A stretch of DNA of 24,000 bases from an uncultured Pseudomonadales bacterium (GTDB lineage: Bacteria > Pseudomonadota > Gammaproteobacteria > Pseudomonadales > Balneatricaceae), in NCBI GenBank assembly GCA_943788965.1, contig CALSSH010000001.1, positions 339,774 through 363,773 on the forward strand. The letters run 5' to 3'. Positions within the stretch are counted from its first letter, which is position 1. Every line of letters starts with the position of its first letter. A program made the position numbers and the translations under genes. The notes under the pieces were generated by a model, which was not told where the DNA came from, ran no database searches, and saw nothing but the letters and a program-made list of their open reading frames with translations. Below, piece after piece: positions 1 through 9,298 of the stretch.

Positions 1-1
1 G

Positions 2-859
2 GATGTTGGCATCGATGTTATTTCTGATAAGCCCCTCACTACATCTCTGGAAGAAGCTCTAAATCTTGCTAAGACACAGATAGAATCTGGTGTCATTTTT
101 GGTGTGACTTATGCTTATTCTGCTTACGTCATGGTTAGGCAAGCCCAAGCTATGGTGCGTTGTGGTGATCTGGGTGATATACGCCAAATCCATGTGGAGT
201 ACTTTCAGGATTGGGCGATGGACATCACGGACCAGAGTGACGATGCTCCTTGGCGTTTAAATGTGGCTCAAAATGGCCCATCGTTTACGGTGGGAGACAT
301 TGGCACTCATGCCGAACATTTAGCTCGTTTTGTCTCTGGTCTGCGCATAAACGCGGTAAGGGCCGACTTCCATGTTACTGGCAAGCCTAAGCATCTGGAG
401 GATACGGCATTCATGCAGTTGCGCTTTGAAGGGGGAGTGCCAGGAACTCTCATGGTGAGTCAGACCATGGCTGGCAGTCAGTGTGGTTTAAGGTTAAGGG
501 TGTGTGGCACTAAAGCCAGTCTAGAGTGGCATCAAGAACAACCTGAATTTCTCCACCTGCGTGCCATAGGGGCCCCTGAGCAAATTATTTCTCGTGGTCA
601 TGGTGCGGGTATGAGTCCAGCCACAGAACGATTGTTGCGCATGCCTCGGGGCCATCCAGAAGCTTTAACTGATGCATGGGCTAATCTGTATCTAGAATTC
701 GCTGTAGCCATTCAGGCGCGCAGAGAGGGCACCGACCTACCCAAAGATTTTTTAGCCTACCCAACCATTGCGGATGGTGTGGATGGCATGCGCTTCGTTG
801 AGGCAGCCATAAAATCAAATCAAACAGAGGCTTGGGTGTCTTGCAGAGAAGAGGCCTAA
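2..859 (+). CDS. Gfo/Idh/MocA-family oxidoreductase, 5' end cut by the window edge
   Basis: The frame is open from nt 2 (DVGIDVISDKPLTTSLEEALNLAK...) and runs into the listed 104..859 ORF, whose first 'M' is an internal GTG. A D-K-P motif (EKP-type motif of the family) is followed by a C-terminal domain pattern typical of this family. Stop TAA at 857-859. Confidence 0.8.
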   Translation, partial: DVGIDVISDKPLTTSLEEALNLAKTQIESGVIFGVTYAYSAYVMVRQAQAMVRCGDLGDIRQIHVEYFQDWAMDITDQSDDAPWRLNVAQNGPSFTVGDIGTHAEHLARFVSGLRINAVRADFHVTGKPKHLEDTAFMQLRFEGGVPGTLMVSQTMAGSQCGLRLRVCGTKASLEWHQEQPEFLHLRAIGAPEQIISRGHGAGMSPATERLLRMPRGHPEALTDAWANLYLEFAVAIQARREGTDLPKDFLAYPTIADGVDGMRFVEAAIKSNQTEAWVSCREEA

Positions 860-1497
860 TACTGAACCATAATTTCGTTGCGACGTAAAAAGGGCAGTAC
901 CCATGGGGCATCGTAACGTGCCATCTCTGGCTCGCTAGTAGGTGTAATGCCTTTGTCTTTGAGCCACGCCATTAATTCTGCAATTTTCCTATCGACCTTA
1001 ATCGGCCCTGCAAAACCTGAAAAGCGAATGGCTGCATAATTTCGGGCCGGCACTTCTCTGATGATCACTGCTGGATTGTTAGGAGTGGGTAAAGTACTGA
1101 GAGTGTACTTTTCAGGCATCACAAAATGAACTAACCACTGACCATTTTTTGCTTGCATACTCACAGGTGCAGTCATATTAATTTGTTCTGATTCCAGTTT
1201 CATGCTCACGGGAGCGGTCATTTTAATTTTATTTTTAGCGCTTTCATTAGCGGTGTCACTAGGCGACTCACTAGAGGTGTTGTTACCAAAAATATAATTT
1301 GCAATGACTTTAAAGCCAGCAGTGCCGGCATCGTCCATATCTCCTCCAACACGGGTCTCTGCCACAATCATTGGCTTGTATGCTCGCAATTCAAATTTTT
1401 CAGAGGCTTCAATAACGGTGTATTTGGGTTCTTCAATAGCCATGGTGTATTCCGCAAAAAATATGCAAGTGAAACTTAATAATAACCCCTTTAACAT
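856..1497 (-). CDS. SOUL/heme-binding-protein family protein with N-terminal signal-like segment
   Basis: 213 aa. A hydrophobic N-terminus (MLKGLLLSFTCIFFAEYTMA) is followed by EEPKYTVIE...FELRAYKP...VAET and a duplicated MTAPVSM motif, all typical of SOUL (PF04832) proteins. AGGA lies about 8 nt upstream of ATG 1497. Confidence 0.8.
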   Translation of the reverse strand: MLKGLLLSFTCIFFAEYTMAIEEPKYTVIEASEKFELRAYKPMIVAETRVGGDMDDAGTAGFKVIANYIFGNNTSSESPSDTANESAKNKIKMTAPVSMKLESEQINMTAPVSMQAKNGQWLVHFVMPEKYTLSTLPTPNNPAVIIREVPARNYAAIRFSGFAGPIKVDRKIAELMAWLKDKGITPTSEPEMARYDAPWVLPFLRRNEIMVQY

Positions 1498-1542
1498 GTC
1501 ATTAATCCTGGTTTAATAGTTGTCGTTCAGTCGGGGCATATA

Positions 1543-2676
1543 TTACCCCCAAATATCCAAATTTAGTTTTTGTTGTGTGCCTGGAAACACGATGTCTTTA
1601 ATATTTTGTTTTGAGATATTAAATGCGTGGTGTATGACATCTCCATAAACATCTCTAGCATCAGTTGTTTGGCGCAGATCACGCTGTTCAAACAACTCCT
1701 TTTTGCTAAGCCCTGGCCAATCAGTTATGACCCTTGAGGACTTGATTAGTCCTCCTGCAAGAAAAATAGCTGAAGCCGCTCCGTGGTCTGTGCCTTCAGT
1801 GCCATTTTCCTTAGCTGTGCGCCCAAATTCAGTTACTGTGATGACAATTGAGTTGTTCCAAACCTCTTTTGAGTAAGAAGCAAATGAGCTAATAATTTTA
1901 TCAAGTTTTTCAAGGTGGCGCGCATGATTGCCATGTTCTCCCCCCTGTCTGGAGTGCGTGTCGAACCCAGAATACTCCACAAATCCAACTTTTGGGCCAC
2001 CCACCTGACTCATTTGTTTGGCGACTTCTCGAGCCAACCACTCTGGTTCATTATTGTTATCATAACGGCCATAAGATTTTAACGTACTTTTCGTATGTTT
2101 TGAGAGCGCCATGTCGTCCTTCCATATACCTTTAAGCAGCGTGTCATTATCCGTAAAAATAGGGTTTTTAAAATTGGTTGGATAAAGACTTTCAGTAATA
2201 GCTGTAGACTTACAAATTAAAGGAGTAGGTAAAGTCAGGGCTAAGCTCGATAAGTTTGAGACTTCCATGGCCCTACCAAGCCAGCCTGTGCTGGTTGCAT
2301 AAGGCGCGCCACCACCACCCTCCATGAGGTTCTGGCCTTCAAAATGTGACCGTCCATAATAATCAAAGCCTGTGGCATGAACGATGCCTGCGTTGCCTGC
2401 ATGCCATCGATCAGAGAAATTCTTCATGCTCGGGTGCAAACCAAAATTACCGTCAAGTTTAAGTGTATTTTCTACAATACAGCTGCTTCTGATATCGTAA
2501 ATTTTTTTATCTTGTAAAGGCTGAACAGCAGCTAACCCATCCATACCGCCCCGCAGTAAAATAACAAAAACATTACCGATGTTTGAATCTGATGCACTCG
2601 AAAAAATACTGTGCCCCATAGTATAAGCAACGGCAGAAGCTGCAGAAGCTTTTATAAAATCTCTTCTGTTCATCAT
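1543..2676 (-). CDS. DUF1501 family protein (sulfatase/alkaline-phosphatase-like fold) with twin-arginine signal
   Basis: 377 aa. N-terminus MMNRRDFIKASAASAVAY is a Tat-type leader. Family hallmarks are present: GGMDGL, GRSHF, SGFDTH, TEFGRT...GTDHG, LAGGLIK. The start overlaps the upstream stop by 1 nt (TAATG), with AGGAG just upstream. Confidence 0.85.
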   Translation of the reverse strand: MMNRRDFIKASAASAVAYTMGHSIFSSASDSNIGNVFVILLRGGMDGLAAVQPLQDKKIYDIRSSCIVENTLKLDGNFGLHPSMKNFSDRWHAGNAGIVHATGFDYYGRSHFEGQNLMEGGGGAPYATSTGWLGRAMEVSNLSSLALTLPTPLICKSTAITESLYPTNFKNPIFTDNDTLLKGIWKDDMALSKHTKSTLKSYGRYDNNNEPEWLAREVAKQMSQVGGPKVGFVEYSGFDTHSRQGGEHGNHARHLEKLDKIISSFASYSKEVWNNSIVITVTEFGRTAKENGTEGTDHGAASAIFLAGGLIKSSRVITDWPGLSKKELFEQRDLRQTTDARDVYGDVIHHAFNISKQNIKDIVFPGTQQKLNLDIWG

Positions 2677-4145
2677 TAGCTCCTAAGAAAGTCTGGCGAA
2701 CACAGAAGAGCGACGATCTGACTCTGAAAGGGCCTTGAGTCACTCACGAATGTTTGCGAATATTGTGATAAATTGAATCGGTCTAAATCAGTGCTGTTAA
2801 AACCATTTTGTATAATGGAGGTGCAGATATCAGATTTATAGTTTGAAGTGGCCCCAATTAATGCGCTAAATTTAACTCGGCGATCTAAGTATTCATTAGA
2901 TAACCAGTCCTCTTCTACCTCTGCCCAGCCATTAGGTTGGGCTGCCTCACCATGCATTAACCCAAGTTCCCTTAAAATGCTATCCATATTTTTTAACTTA
3001 AATCGCCCGTAGCTGGGCACTTTTGGTACTCCCAAGGGAGGGCTTACATTAAACGTCTTGAGACTTTGGTAGGCCCATACCTCTGGGTTTAAGAACTTAT
3101 CCTGCTTGTGGTCAAGGGTCTGTAATATATCTAAAAGCCCTAGGTAAACTGCCGCTAATTGGCCTTTGTGATTCATATAAATAGCGCTAAGTTGTTGCAC
3201 ATGCTTGGGATTAGGCTCATCACTAATGAAATGCTGGCAAAGTCGAAAAGATACGTGCCTTGCCGTGTCTTCTAATACGATAAGGTCCTCAACTACATCC
3301 TTTAATTGACGGGTTCCTGTTTTTGAACTCTTGTACTTTTTGCCTAATACTTCGTGCGTACCAGGCTGATGATAATCCTCTACAAATTGTGCTTTATAAA
3401 CATTGTCCCAATCTTTAACCCTCCAGCCAGTTAGGATGTTGGTCATACCATTCACATCTTCTTGAGTGTATCCATTGATGGGTGTTACGGTGAACAACTC
3501 CAATGTCTCGCGGGCCAAATTTTCATTGGTACCATCGGTGGTCCATTTCTGTTTTCGAGCCTTAGACTTATCACCAGTAGAATTATTATTATCTAAATAC
3601 AAAAGCATGGCTGAGTGAGAAACGACCTTAAAGACTAGGTCTGACATGCTGCCAAACATATTTTTTCGGATCATTTCGTGAAAGTGAGGAATGCAAGTGC
3701 CATTGTTATTGGCTTCGGATACTGTGAAGTAGTTTAACCAGAACAGCCATAATCGATTGGCAAAGTCTTGATTCGTATTGATGCATAGGTCGGCCCTTCT
3801 TAGAGCGGACAGCCATAAAGGTCTTCGTGCTTTTAAAGTGAAGACACGATCTGGATCTTCTTGATCCTTGAGAGCTTGTTTTTCCTCTTTTTCCAATTGT
3901 TTTCGGTAAACGATACCCGCAGTTTGGTTTAACGTGATTCCTGAATATATTTTGCGATGTTCGTCACTGAGTCCGCGTTTGATGGACTTTAAAAGCGGCT
4001 TAATACGGTTGTTAGAGATGTAGCTTTTGTTATTTTCAATGGATTTTCTAGCGTTAGTGAACCATTGATTTTCACTAATTGGGTCATCACCTAAGCGAAA
4101 GCCAAAGCCAGCTCTTCGACTGATCCAGTCAGCTGATTTTTCCAT
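2676..4145 (-). CDS. DUF1800 family protein
   Basis: 489 aa. Family-typical motifs are RRAGFGF near the N-terminus, LWLFWLNYFTVS, AMLLYLDNNNS and NENLARETLELFTV. GGAGG lies 7 nt upstream of ATG 4145. No signal peptide is visible by eye. Confidence 0.85.
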   Translation of the reverse strand: MEKSADWISRRAGFGFRLGDDPISENQWFTNARKSIENNKSYISNNRIKPLLKSIKRGLSDEHRKIYSGITLNQTAGIVYRKQLEKEEKQALKDQEDPDRVFTLKARRPLWLSALRRADLCINTNQDFANRLWLFWLNYFTVSEANNNGTCIPHFHEMIRKNMFGSMSDLVFKVVSHSAMLLYLDNNNSTGDKSKARKQKWTTDGTNENLARETLELFTVTPINGYTQEDVNGMTNILTGWRVKDWDNVYKAQFVEDYHQPGTHEVLGKKYKSSKTGTRQLKDVVEDLIVLEDTARHVSFRLCQHFISDEPNPKHVQQLSAIYMNHKGQLAAVYLGLLDILQTLDHKQDKFLNPEVWAYQSLKTFNVSPPLGVPKVPSYGRFKLKNMDSILRELGLMHGEAAQPNGWAEVEEDWLSNEYLDRRVKFSALIGATSNYKSDICTSIIQNGFNSTDLDRFNLSQYSQTFVSDSRPFQSQIVALLCSPDFLRS

Positions 4146-4351
4146 TTGAAGGCCTCCATATTATTTCTAAAAAGTGAAACTAATTCATCCTTAATTCACC
4201 CTTTTATATAACAAATGGTAAATCATAACAACTGATCAGCACTTTTCTGAAGTTTTCATTAGTCAGAATAATGGACGTATCGAGTTTGAACAGAACCCAG
4301 GCTTTGCCGATTGAGGTTAGGTGGGGATTCAACTAATAAACACAGAGGGCT

Positions 4352-4849
4352 TTAGGCCTTGGGTAGCACCCAGTCTTTTCTTAGAAAATGGCAGGTATAG
4401 CCGTTGGGTATTTTCTCCAAGTAATCTTGGTGATGGGGTTCAGCTTCCCAAAAGTCACTCACAGGCTCAACCTCGGTCACCACTTTACCCGGCCACAACC
4501 CTGATGCATTGACATCGTTAATAGTGCGCAGAGCCTCCTGTTCTTGTTCTGGTGAAACAAAGTAAATAGCTGACCGATAGGACGGCCCTAGATCATTGCC
4601 TTGCCTCATGGCTGTGGTTGGATCATGTATTTGAAAAAAGAGTTCTAATAATGTGCGAAAGCTTGTGACTTGGGCATCAAAAATAATTTCAATTCCCTCT
4701 GCATGATAACCATGATTTTGGTAGGTTGCATTGGGAACATCTCCGCCAGTGTAACCGACTCGAGTCGATATAATGCCGGGTAGTTTGCGGATCAGATCTT
4801 GCATTCCCCAGAAACAACCTCCAGCCAGTACAGCGCGTTCATTAGACAT
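4352..4849 (-). CDS. msrA: Peptide methionine-(S)-sulfoxide reductase MsrA
   Basis: The conserved N-terminus [15 protein letters not shown] (GCFWG active-site motif) begins at ATG 4849, preceded by AGGAAC. The track ORF start at 4948 is an unsupported extension that would overlap the upstream EAL gene. Corrected length is 165 aa, typical for a short MsrA. Confidence 0.9.
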   Translation of the reverse strand: MSNERAVLAGGCFWGMQDLIRKLPGIISTRVGYTGGDVPNATYQNHGYHAEGIEIIFDAQVTSFRTLLELFFQIHDPTTAMRQGNDLGPSYRSAIYFVSPEQEQEALRTINDVNASGLWPGKVVTEVEPVSDFWEAEPHHQDYLEKIPNGYTCHFLRKDWVLPKA

Positions 4850-4859
4850 TTTTTGGTTC

Positions 4860-5990
4860 CTAATTGGTGTGTTTTCGTTGTGGTGCTGAGTTGGCATATC
4901 TGCACATAAGCCAATGTTCGAGCTTTTCAGCTGACATGGGTTTGGCAATGTAATAACCTTGAATCAGCGTGCAATTCATTTGTTTTAGTAGTAGCGCTTG
5001 TTGGGCATTTTCTACCCCCTCAGCAATAATTTCAAGGCCAATGTTTTTTCCTAAATCTAGGGTCGATTGCACAATGCTCATGTGTTTGCTGTTGTGCTCC
5101 ATGCCCAAGACAAAAGACCGGTCTATTTTTATTTGGCTTAAAGGCAGTTGATTGAGTAATGTCATTGAAGAATAGCCTGTGCCAAAATCATCTAAACTGA
5201 TGCCAACTCCTAAGTCTCTCAGCTTCTGTAAAATGGTAATGCATTCAGTGGGATTCCCCAAGACCAAATTTTCAGTAATTTCAAGGGTTAAAAAGTGAGC
5301 TTCAATGTTATTTTTTCGCAGGTGTTGAGTGATGTATGTGACCAGTTCGGGTTCATCTAAATCACGCGCTGAAATATTGATTTGCAAGGCGAGTGTATGC
5401 CCCATGCTGTGCCACTGGCCTAATTGTTTGAGGCTGGTCTCAATGACCCAATGGGTAATGTCCACAATCACGTGAGACTGCTCTGCTAATTTTATAAATT
5501 CTGAAGGAGCAATTGCGCTGCCATCGGATTGAGGCCAACGTATTAAGCACTCGACCCCCTGCACCGTATTATGTTGAGCACTAACTAAGGGCTGATAGTG
5601 AAGTTCAAATTCGGTTTCAGAGATCGCACTAGGGAGCCGTGCTATGAGTTCAGTATTGCGCTCGTTTAGTAAAGCCCTTGTATGTTGTTGGCGAGTCATG
5701 CGTATAATTTTGTTGATACTGCTCAAACTGAATTGCATCACCAAGGTCACAAATATGCTACCACCGAGTAATATCGTGGCGACGACAAGGTCAAATATAC
5801 TAGCCGCGACTTTATAGTAGACGGCTAACGTCATAATTGCGTAACCCAGAATAAAAAAACTGATGAGGATAATAAGGCAAAGCCAACCCCAGCTTAACTC
5901 TCGCTTATAAATAATATAGGCGGGTCGTAAGGATTGGGTGAGTAAGGCAATCCCCAAAAGCGTAAACGCAAGCGCTATGATTTTGATCAT
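4860..5990 (-). CDS. Membrane-anchored EAL-domain cyclic-di-GMP phosphodiesterase (no GGDEF domain)
   Basis: 376 aa. The first ~95 residues contain about three hydrophobic helices. A complete EAL domain follows: [44 protein letters not shown]. The catalytic motifs look intact. Confidence 0.85.
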   Translation of the reverse strand: MIKIIALAFTLLGIALLTQSLRPAYIIYKRELSWGWLCLIILISFFILGYAIMTLAVYYKVAASIFDLVVATILLGGSIFVTLVMQFSLSSINKIIRMTRQQHTRALLNERNTELIARLPSAISETEFELHYQPLVSAQHNTVQGVECLIRWPQSDGSAIAPSEFIKLAEQSHVIVDITHWVIETSLKQLGQWHSMGHTLALQINISARDLDEPELVTYITQHLRKNNIEAHFLTLEITENLVLGNPTECITILQKLRDLGVGISLDDFGTGYSSMTLLNQLPLSQIKIDRSFVLGMEHNSKHMSIVQSTLDLGKNIGLEIIAEGVENAQQALLLKQMNCTLIQGYYIAKPMSAEKLEHWLMCRYANSAPQRKHTN

Positions 5991-6243
5991 TGTGTCGTCA
6001 TTAGTTTAACAAGAGTTAGATAAAAGAATAGATTTATAGTTTCAAAACACAAGTCTATCACTTTTTCATGGCTCGTTATTGGTTGCAGCTTTGGCCTCGA
6101 ATTTCGAAGTATTGTCCCCATCTGGCTAAATATCATCAGCTCATGTTTAAGGCTTGAAGCGCCTATGCTGGGGTGACTCGTTTTTAAACCCTACTTGGCC
6201 TAAGTAAAGGGAGTATTGGGAATTGAGCAAGTCCTATCTTGTG

Positions 6244-6272
6244 TTGATGTATATCAGGAGAAAATGTATAAT
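6244..6272 (+). promoter_or_regulatory. Candidate sigma70 promoter of rpsA with GC-rich discriminator
   Basis: TTGATG (6244-6249), a 17-nt spacer, then TATAAT (6267-6272), followed by ACCGCGCGCGC. This GC-rich discriminator is typical of stringently controlled translation-apparatus promoters. It implies a leader of about 140 nt before ATG 6421. Confidence 0.5.
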
Positions 6273-6420
6273 ACCGCGCGCGCAAAATTCGTTGGTGTCA
6301 TATTAGGCGTCAGTTCCTGACACATCGCGTCCATTTAACTTCCCTGTTGTAACTGACCTTCAGGCTAAACGAGCGTTGTTTCGCGAGCCTTTTTGACTTG
6401 CCCAACGTCTGGTACAAAAC

Positions 6421-8097
6421 ATGAGCGAAAGCTTTGCAGATCTATTTGAAGAATCCTTAGTAGCTGTTGAAATGCGTCCTGGTGCCGTTCTTACGGGCAC
6501 CGTATTAGATATCGACGGTGACTGGGTAACAGTGCACGCAGGCCTCAAGTCTGAAGCCATCATTCCTATTGAAGAATTTTACAACGATTCTCGTGAAATA
6601 GAAGTGAAGATCGGCGATCAAATCAAGGTGTCTCTAGAAAGTGTTGAAGATGGCACCGGTGAGACCAAACTTTCACGTGAAAAGGCCAAGCGCGCCGAAG
6701 CGTGGGATGAATTGCAAACGGCCTTTGATGAAGAAGCGACCATTACTGGCGTTATCAACGGCAAGGTTAAGGGCGGCTTTACGGTTGCCATCAACAACAT
6801 TCAGGGTTTCTTACCTGGCTCATTAGTCGATGTGCGTCCAGTACGTGACGTGGATCACTTGGAAGGCCAGGAACTAGAATTTAAGCTGATTAAGCTGGAT
6901 CAGAAGCGTAATAACGTCGTTGTATCGCGCCGCGCAGTCATGCAAGAAGCGAATAGCGCACAACGCGACGAATTGCTGGCGAGCATTGAAGAAGGTATGG
7001 ACGTCACAGGATACGTTAAAAACCTAACCAACTACGGTGCTTTTGTAGACCTAGGTGGCGTCGACGGTCTGTTGCATATTACTGATATGGCATGGAAGCG
7101 CATTGCGCACCCAAGTGACATGTTGAACCCAGGAGACGAAATTACTGTTCGTGTTATCAAATTTGACAAAGACAGTGGTCGTTTATCTTTAGGTCTTAAG
7201 CAGTTGCAAGAAGATCCATGGGCATCGATTAAAGCCCGCTACCCGAATGGCCACCGTGTACAGGCCACTGTAACTAACCTAACCGATTACGGTTGCTTTG
7301 CTTCTATCGAAGATGGCGTTGAAGGTTTGGTACACGTGTCTGAAATGTCTTGGACTAACAAGAATATCCATCCTTCTAAAGTTGTCAATGTTGGTGACGC
7401 TATGGAAGTGATGATCTTGGATGTTGACCAAGAACGTCGCCGTATCTCTTTAGGCATCAAGCAATGTGTGGGTAACCCATGGGCTGAATTTGCGGAGAAG
7501 TATGCAGCGGGTGACAAGGTTGTTGGCAATATCAAAACCATCACTGACTTTGGCATCTTCGTTGGCCTAGAAGGCGACCTAGATGGTTTAGTTCACATGT
7601 CTGACATTTCTTGGGAAGTGGAAGGCGAAGCTGCCCTTCGCGACTACAAGAAGGGTGATGAAGTGAGTGCAGTGATCTTGTCTGTAGACTCTGAGAAAGA
7701 GCGTATTTCTTTGGGCATCAAGCAACAAGAAAGTGATCCATTTAGTGAGTATGCAGCCGCTAACGAGCGTGGCACCATTGTTAATGGTATCGTTAAGTCA
7801 GTGGAAGCTAAAGAAGCCGTCATTGAGCTTGCTGAAGGCATCGACGCCATCCTTAAAGCTTCTGAGATTAGCATCGATCGAATCGAAGATGCTCGCAACG
7901 AACTTAAGGTTGGCGACAGTGTTGAAGCTAAGATTGTAGCTGTTGACCGTCGTAATCGCTCCATTAATTTGTCAATCAAGGCCAAGGATGTAGCAGATGA
8001 GAAGCAAGCCATTCGTGACGTTCGCGAAATGGATGTGACTGCTGATGGTCCGACGACTATTGGTGACTTGATTAAGGCGCAGATGGGTAAGCAATAA
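6421..8097 (+). CDS. rpsA: 30S ribosomal protein S1
   Basis: 558 aa with six S1 repeats. N-terminus [13 protein letters not shown] and blocks such as [13 protein letters not shown] and [14 protein letters not shown] are near-identical to known gammaproteobacterial S1. There is no Shine-Dalgarno before the ATG, as is known for rpsA. Confidence 0.97.
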   Translation: MSESFADLFEESLVAVEMRPGAVLTGTVLDIDGDWVTVHAGLKSEAIIPIEEFYNDSREIEVKIGDQIKVSLESVEDGTGETKLSREKAKRAEAWDELQTAFDEEATITGVINGKVKGGFTVAINNIQGFLPGSLVDVRPVRDVDHLEGQELEFKLIKLDQKRNNVVVSRRAVMQEANSAQRDELLASIEEGMDVTGYVKNLTNYGAFVDLGGVDGLLHITDMAWKRIAHPSDMLNPGDEITVRVIKFDKDSGRLSLGLKQLQEDPWASIKARYPNGHRVQATVTNLTDYGCFASIEDGVEGLVHVSEMSWTNKNIHPSKVVNVGDAMEVMILDVDQERRRISLGIKQCVGNPWAEFAEKYAAGDKVVGNIKTITDFGIFVGLEGDLDGLVHMSDISWEVEGEAALRDYKKGDEVSAVILSVDSEKERISLGIKQQESDPFSEYAAANERGTIVNGIVKSVEAKEAVIELAEGIDAILKASEISIDRIEDARNELKVGDSVEAKIVAVDRRNRSINLSIKAKDVADEKQAIRDVREMDVTADGPTTIGDLIKAQMGKQ

Positions 8098-8117
8098 GCG
8101 ACTATAATCGGTACTTT

Positions 8118-8146
8118 AAAAAGGGAGTGCTTCGGCGCTCCCTTTT
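8118..8146 (+). terminator. Rho-independent terminator after rpsA
   Basis: Stem GGGAGTGC (8123-8130), loop TTCG, stem GCGCTCCC (8135-8142). That gives 8 bp including one G-U pair, followed by TTTT and preceded by an A-run. Confidence 0.75.
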
Positions 8147-8226
8147 ACGTTACGCCTTGGTTGTGCCGCCTTTTGTGTTGACAAAAAAGCTGACTAAAGA
8201 CTTGTTTGAGTATGTGAAAAATTGTT

Positions 8227-8859
8227 ATGAATAACTCCCCGGTACAAAACTTTTGGCAACTTGTGAGTGGTAATGCCGATCAATTGCTAAGTTTAGTGGA
8301 TGAAGAATCAGAATTGGCTCATGAGCTACTTGAAGAAGTGCAGCATCAACTGTCAGACATAGATCCTCACTTGACGGTATTTTGTGCGCGTGACGAGTCT
8401 GGAACAGGCATAGAGCTGGTATTTGGTTGCGATGGGTATAGTCAAAGTATTGATACGGTTTTATTTCTTGTGGCTGCAGCGCCAAAAATAAGTCAGATCA
8501 AGGTCCTTGCTTTTAACCCAAGGATAGAAAACATTCCAGAAGCCATAGAAATTGGTGATGCTGTGTTAGAGCTGAATGAGTTATTTTTTGGTTTGCGCAA
8601 CATAGGTGAAGAATTACATTTAGATCTATACCTAGATGATCTGCCCATCGTCGATGACGCCCCTCAAACTGATGCGGCGCTTATGTTCTTAGATGCAATT
8701 GTGGGTGAATACGATCTGATGACCCGAATTCATAGTGTTAACTGGCTAGACTTGCCTGAAGATCCCCTAGATCATGGGCTCAAACCTTTAATCGAGTTGC
8801 GCAAACAATTTGATTTGCTGCGGCCAAAGCGCCCCGCATTGGGTGAAGCGCTGCATTAA
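8227..8859 (+). CDS. Hypothetical acidic cytoplasmic protein (210 aa), family not recognised
   Basis: Long ORF in an otherwise empty interval on the same strand as downstream genes. It has no hydrophobic segments and is rich in D/E/L. There is no clear SD, so the start is uncertain. Confidence 0.6.
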   Translation: MNNSPVQNFWQLVSGNADQLLSLVDEESELAHELLEEVQHQLSDIDPHLTVFCARDESGTGIELVFGCDGYSQSIDTVLFLVAAAPKISQIKVLAFNPRIENIPEAIEIGDAVLELNELFFGLRNIGEELHLDLYLDDLPIVDDAPQTDAALMFLDAIVGEYDLMTRIHSVNWLDLPEDPLDHGLKPLIELRKQFDLLRPKRPALGEALH

Positions 8860-8919
8860 ATTTGTTACCATTGTCCCTTATCAAATTGTCCCTCTTCACA
8901 TTGATACGGAAAGATACAC

Positions 8920-9297
8920 ATGGAACCGATTTATATTTTTACCTTCACGGGTGTGTTTGCCATGGGGGCCACTCTCAGTGCGCGCCAAGTTAGCCATGAC
9001 GTATTAACCTACAACCAACAAGCTTTTGAAACCTCTGAAGGCAGTGAAGACATGGCTAAGGTGTCAGGTCTCTACCTAGCGGCGGGCAATCTGGCAGCCA
9101 TCGCACTCATTGCAAGTTTAGTTTATGGTGGCCAAAATCTAACTTGGTGGATTCCTGTTAGCTTTTTAGTCATCACTTTTCCAGCGACTTACTATATATT
9201 GCTGTGCCGCATGCTAAAGCCAAAGCCGGGTAGTCTGCTATACACTGTCTTATCTTTGATCGGTCTGGTGCCGATGGTGCAAGGTTGGATGGTATAA
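8920..9297 (+). CDS. Small hypothetical integral membrane protein (about 125 aa)
   Basis: Hydrophobic stretches include LYLAAGNLAAIALIASLVYGG, WWIPVSFLVITFPATYYILL and LLYTVLSLIGLVPMV. The stop TAA (9295-9297) lies 1 nt before the rmuC ATG. The start codon is uncertain because internal ATGs are possible. Confidence 0.55.
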   Translation: MEPIYIFTFTGVFAMGATLSARQVSHDVLTYNQQAFETSEGSEDMAKVSGLYLAAGNLAAIALIASLVYGGQNLTWWIPVSFLVITFPATYYILLCRMLKPKPGSLLYTVLSLIGLVPMVQGWMV

Positions 9298-9298
9298 A

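Noticed and set aside
1543-4145. An impression that the DUF1800/DUF1501 genes are more AT-rich and Lys/Asn-rich than neighbours, which would suggest horizontal acquisition.
   Set aside because: Spot counts of individual 60-nt lines ranged from about 32% to 53% GC, with no consistent shift. I cannot compute windowed GC or codon adaptation here, and no flanking mobility genes or repeats support an island.
4850-4948. N-terminal extensions in the ORF track: msrA to 4948, tatD to 12369, uup from 13078, uspA to 15467, topA from 19799, DUF836 from 11195, last gene to 23767.
   Set aside because: The conserved family N-termini begin at internal ATGs with better SD spacing. The extensions would also create long overlaps with neighbouring genes. 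Corrected starts are given in the features.
6068-6157. A 29-codon ORF (MARYWLQLWPRISKYCPHLAKYHQLMFKA) in the EAL/rpsA intergenic region, near the palindrome TCGAATTTCGA.
   Set aside because: It has no Shine-Dalgarno and no recognisable peptide family. Its length is within chance expectation for a 430-nt spacer.
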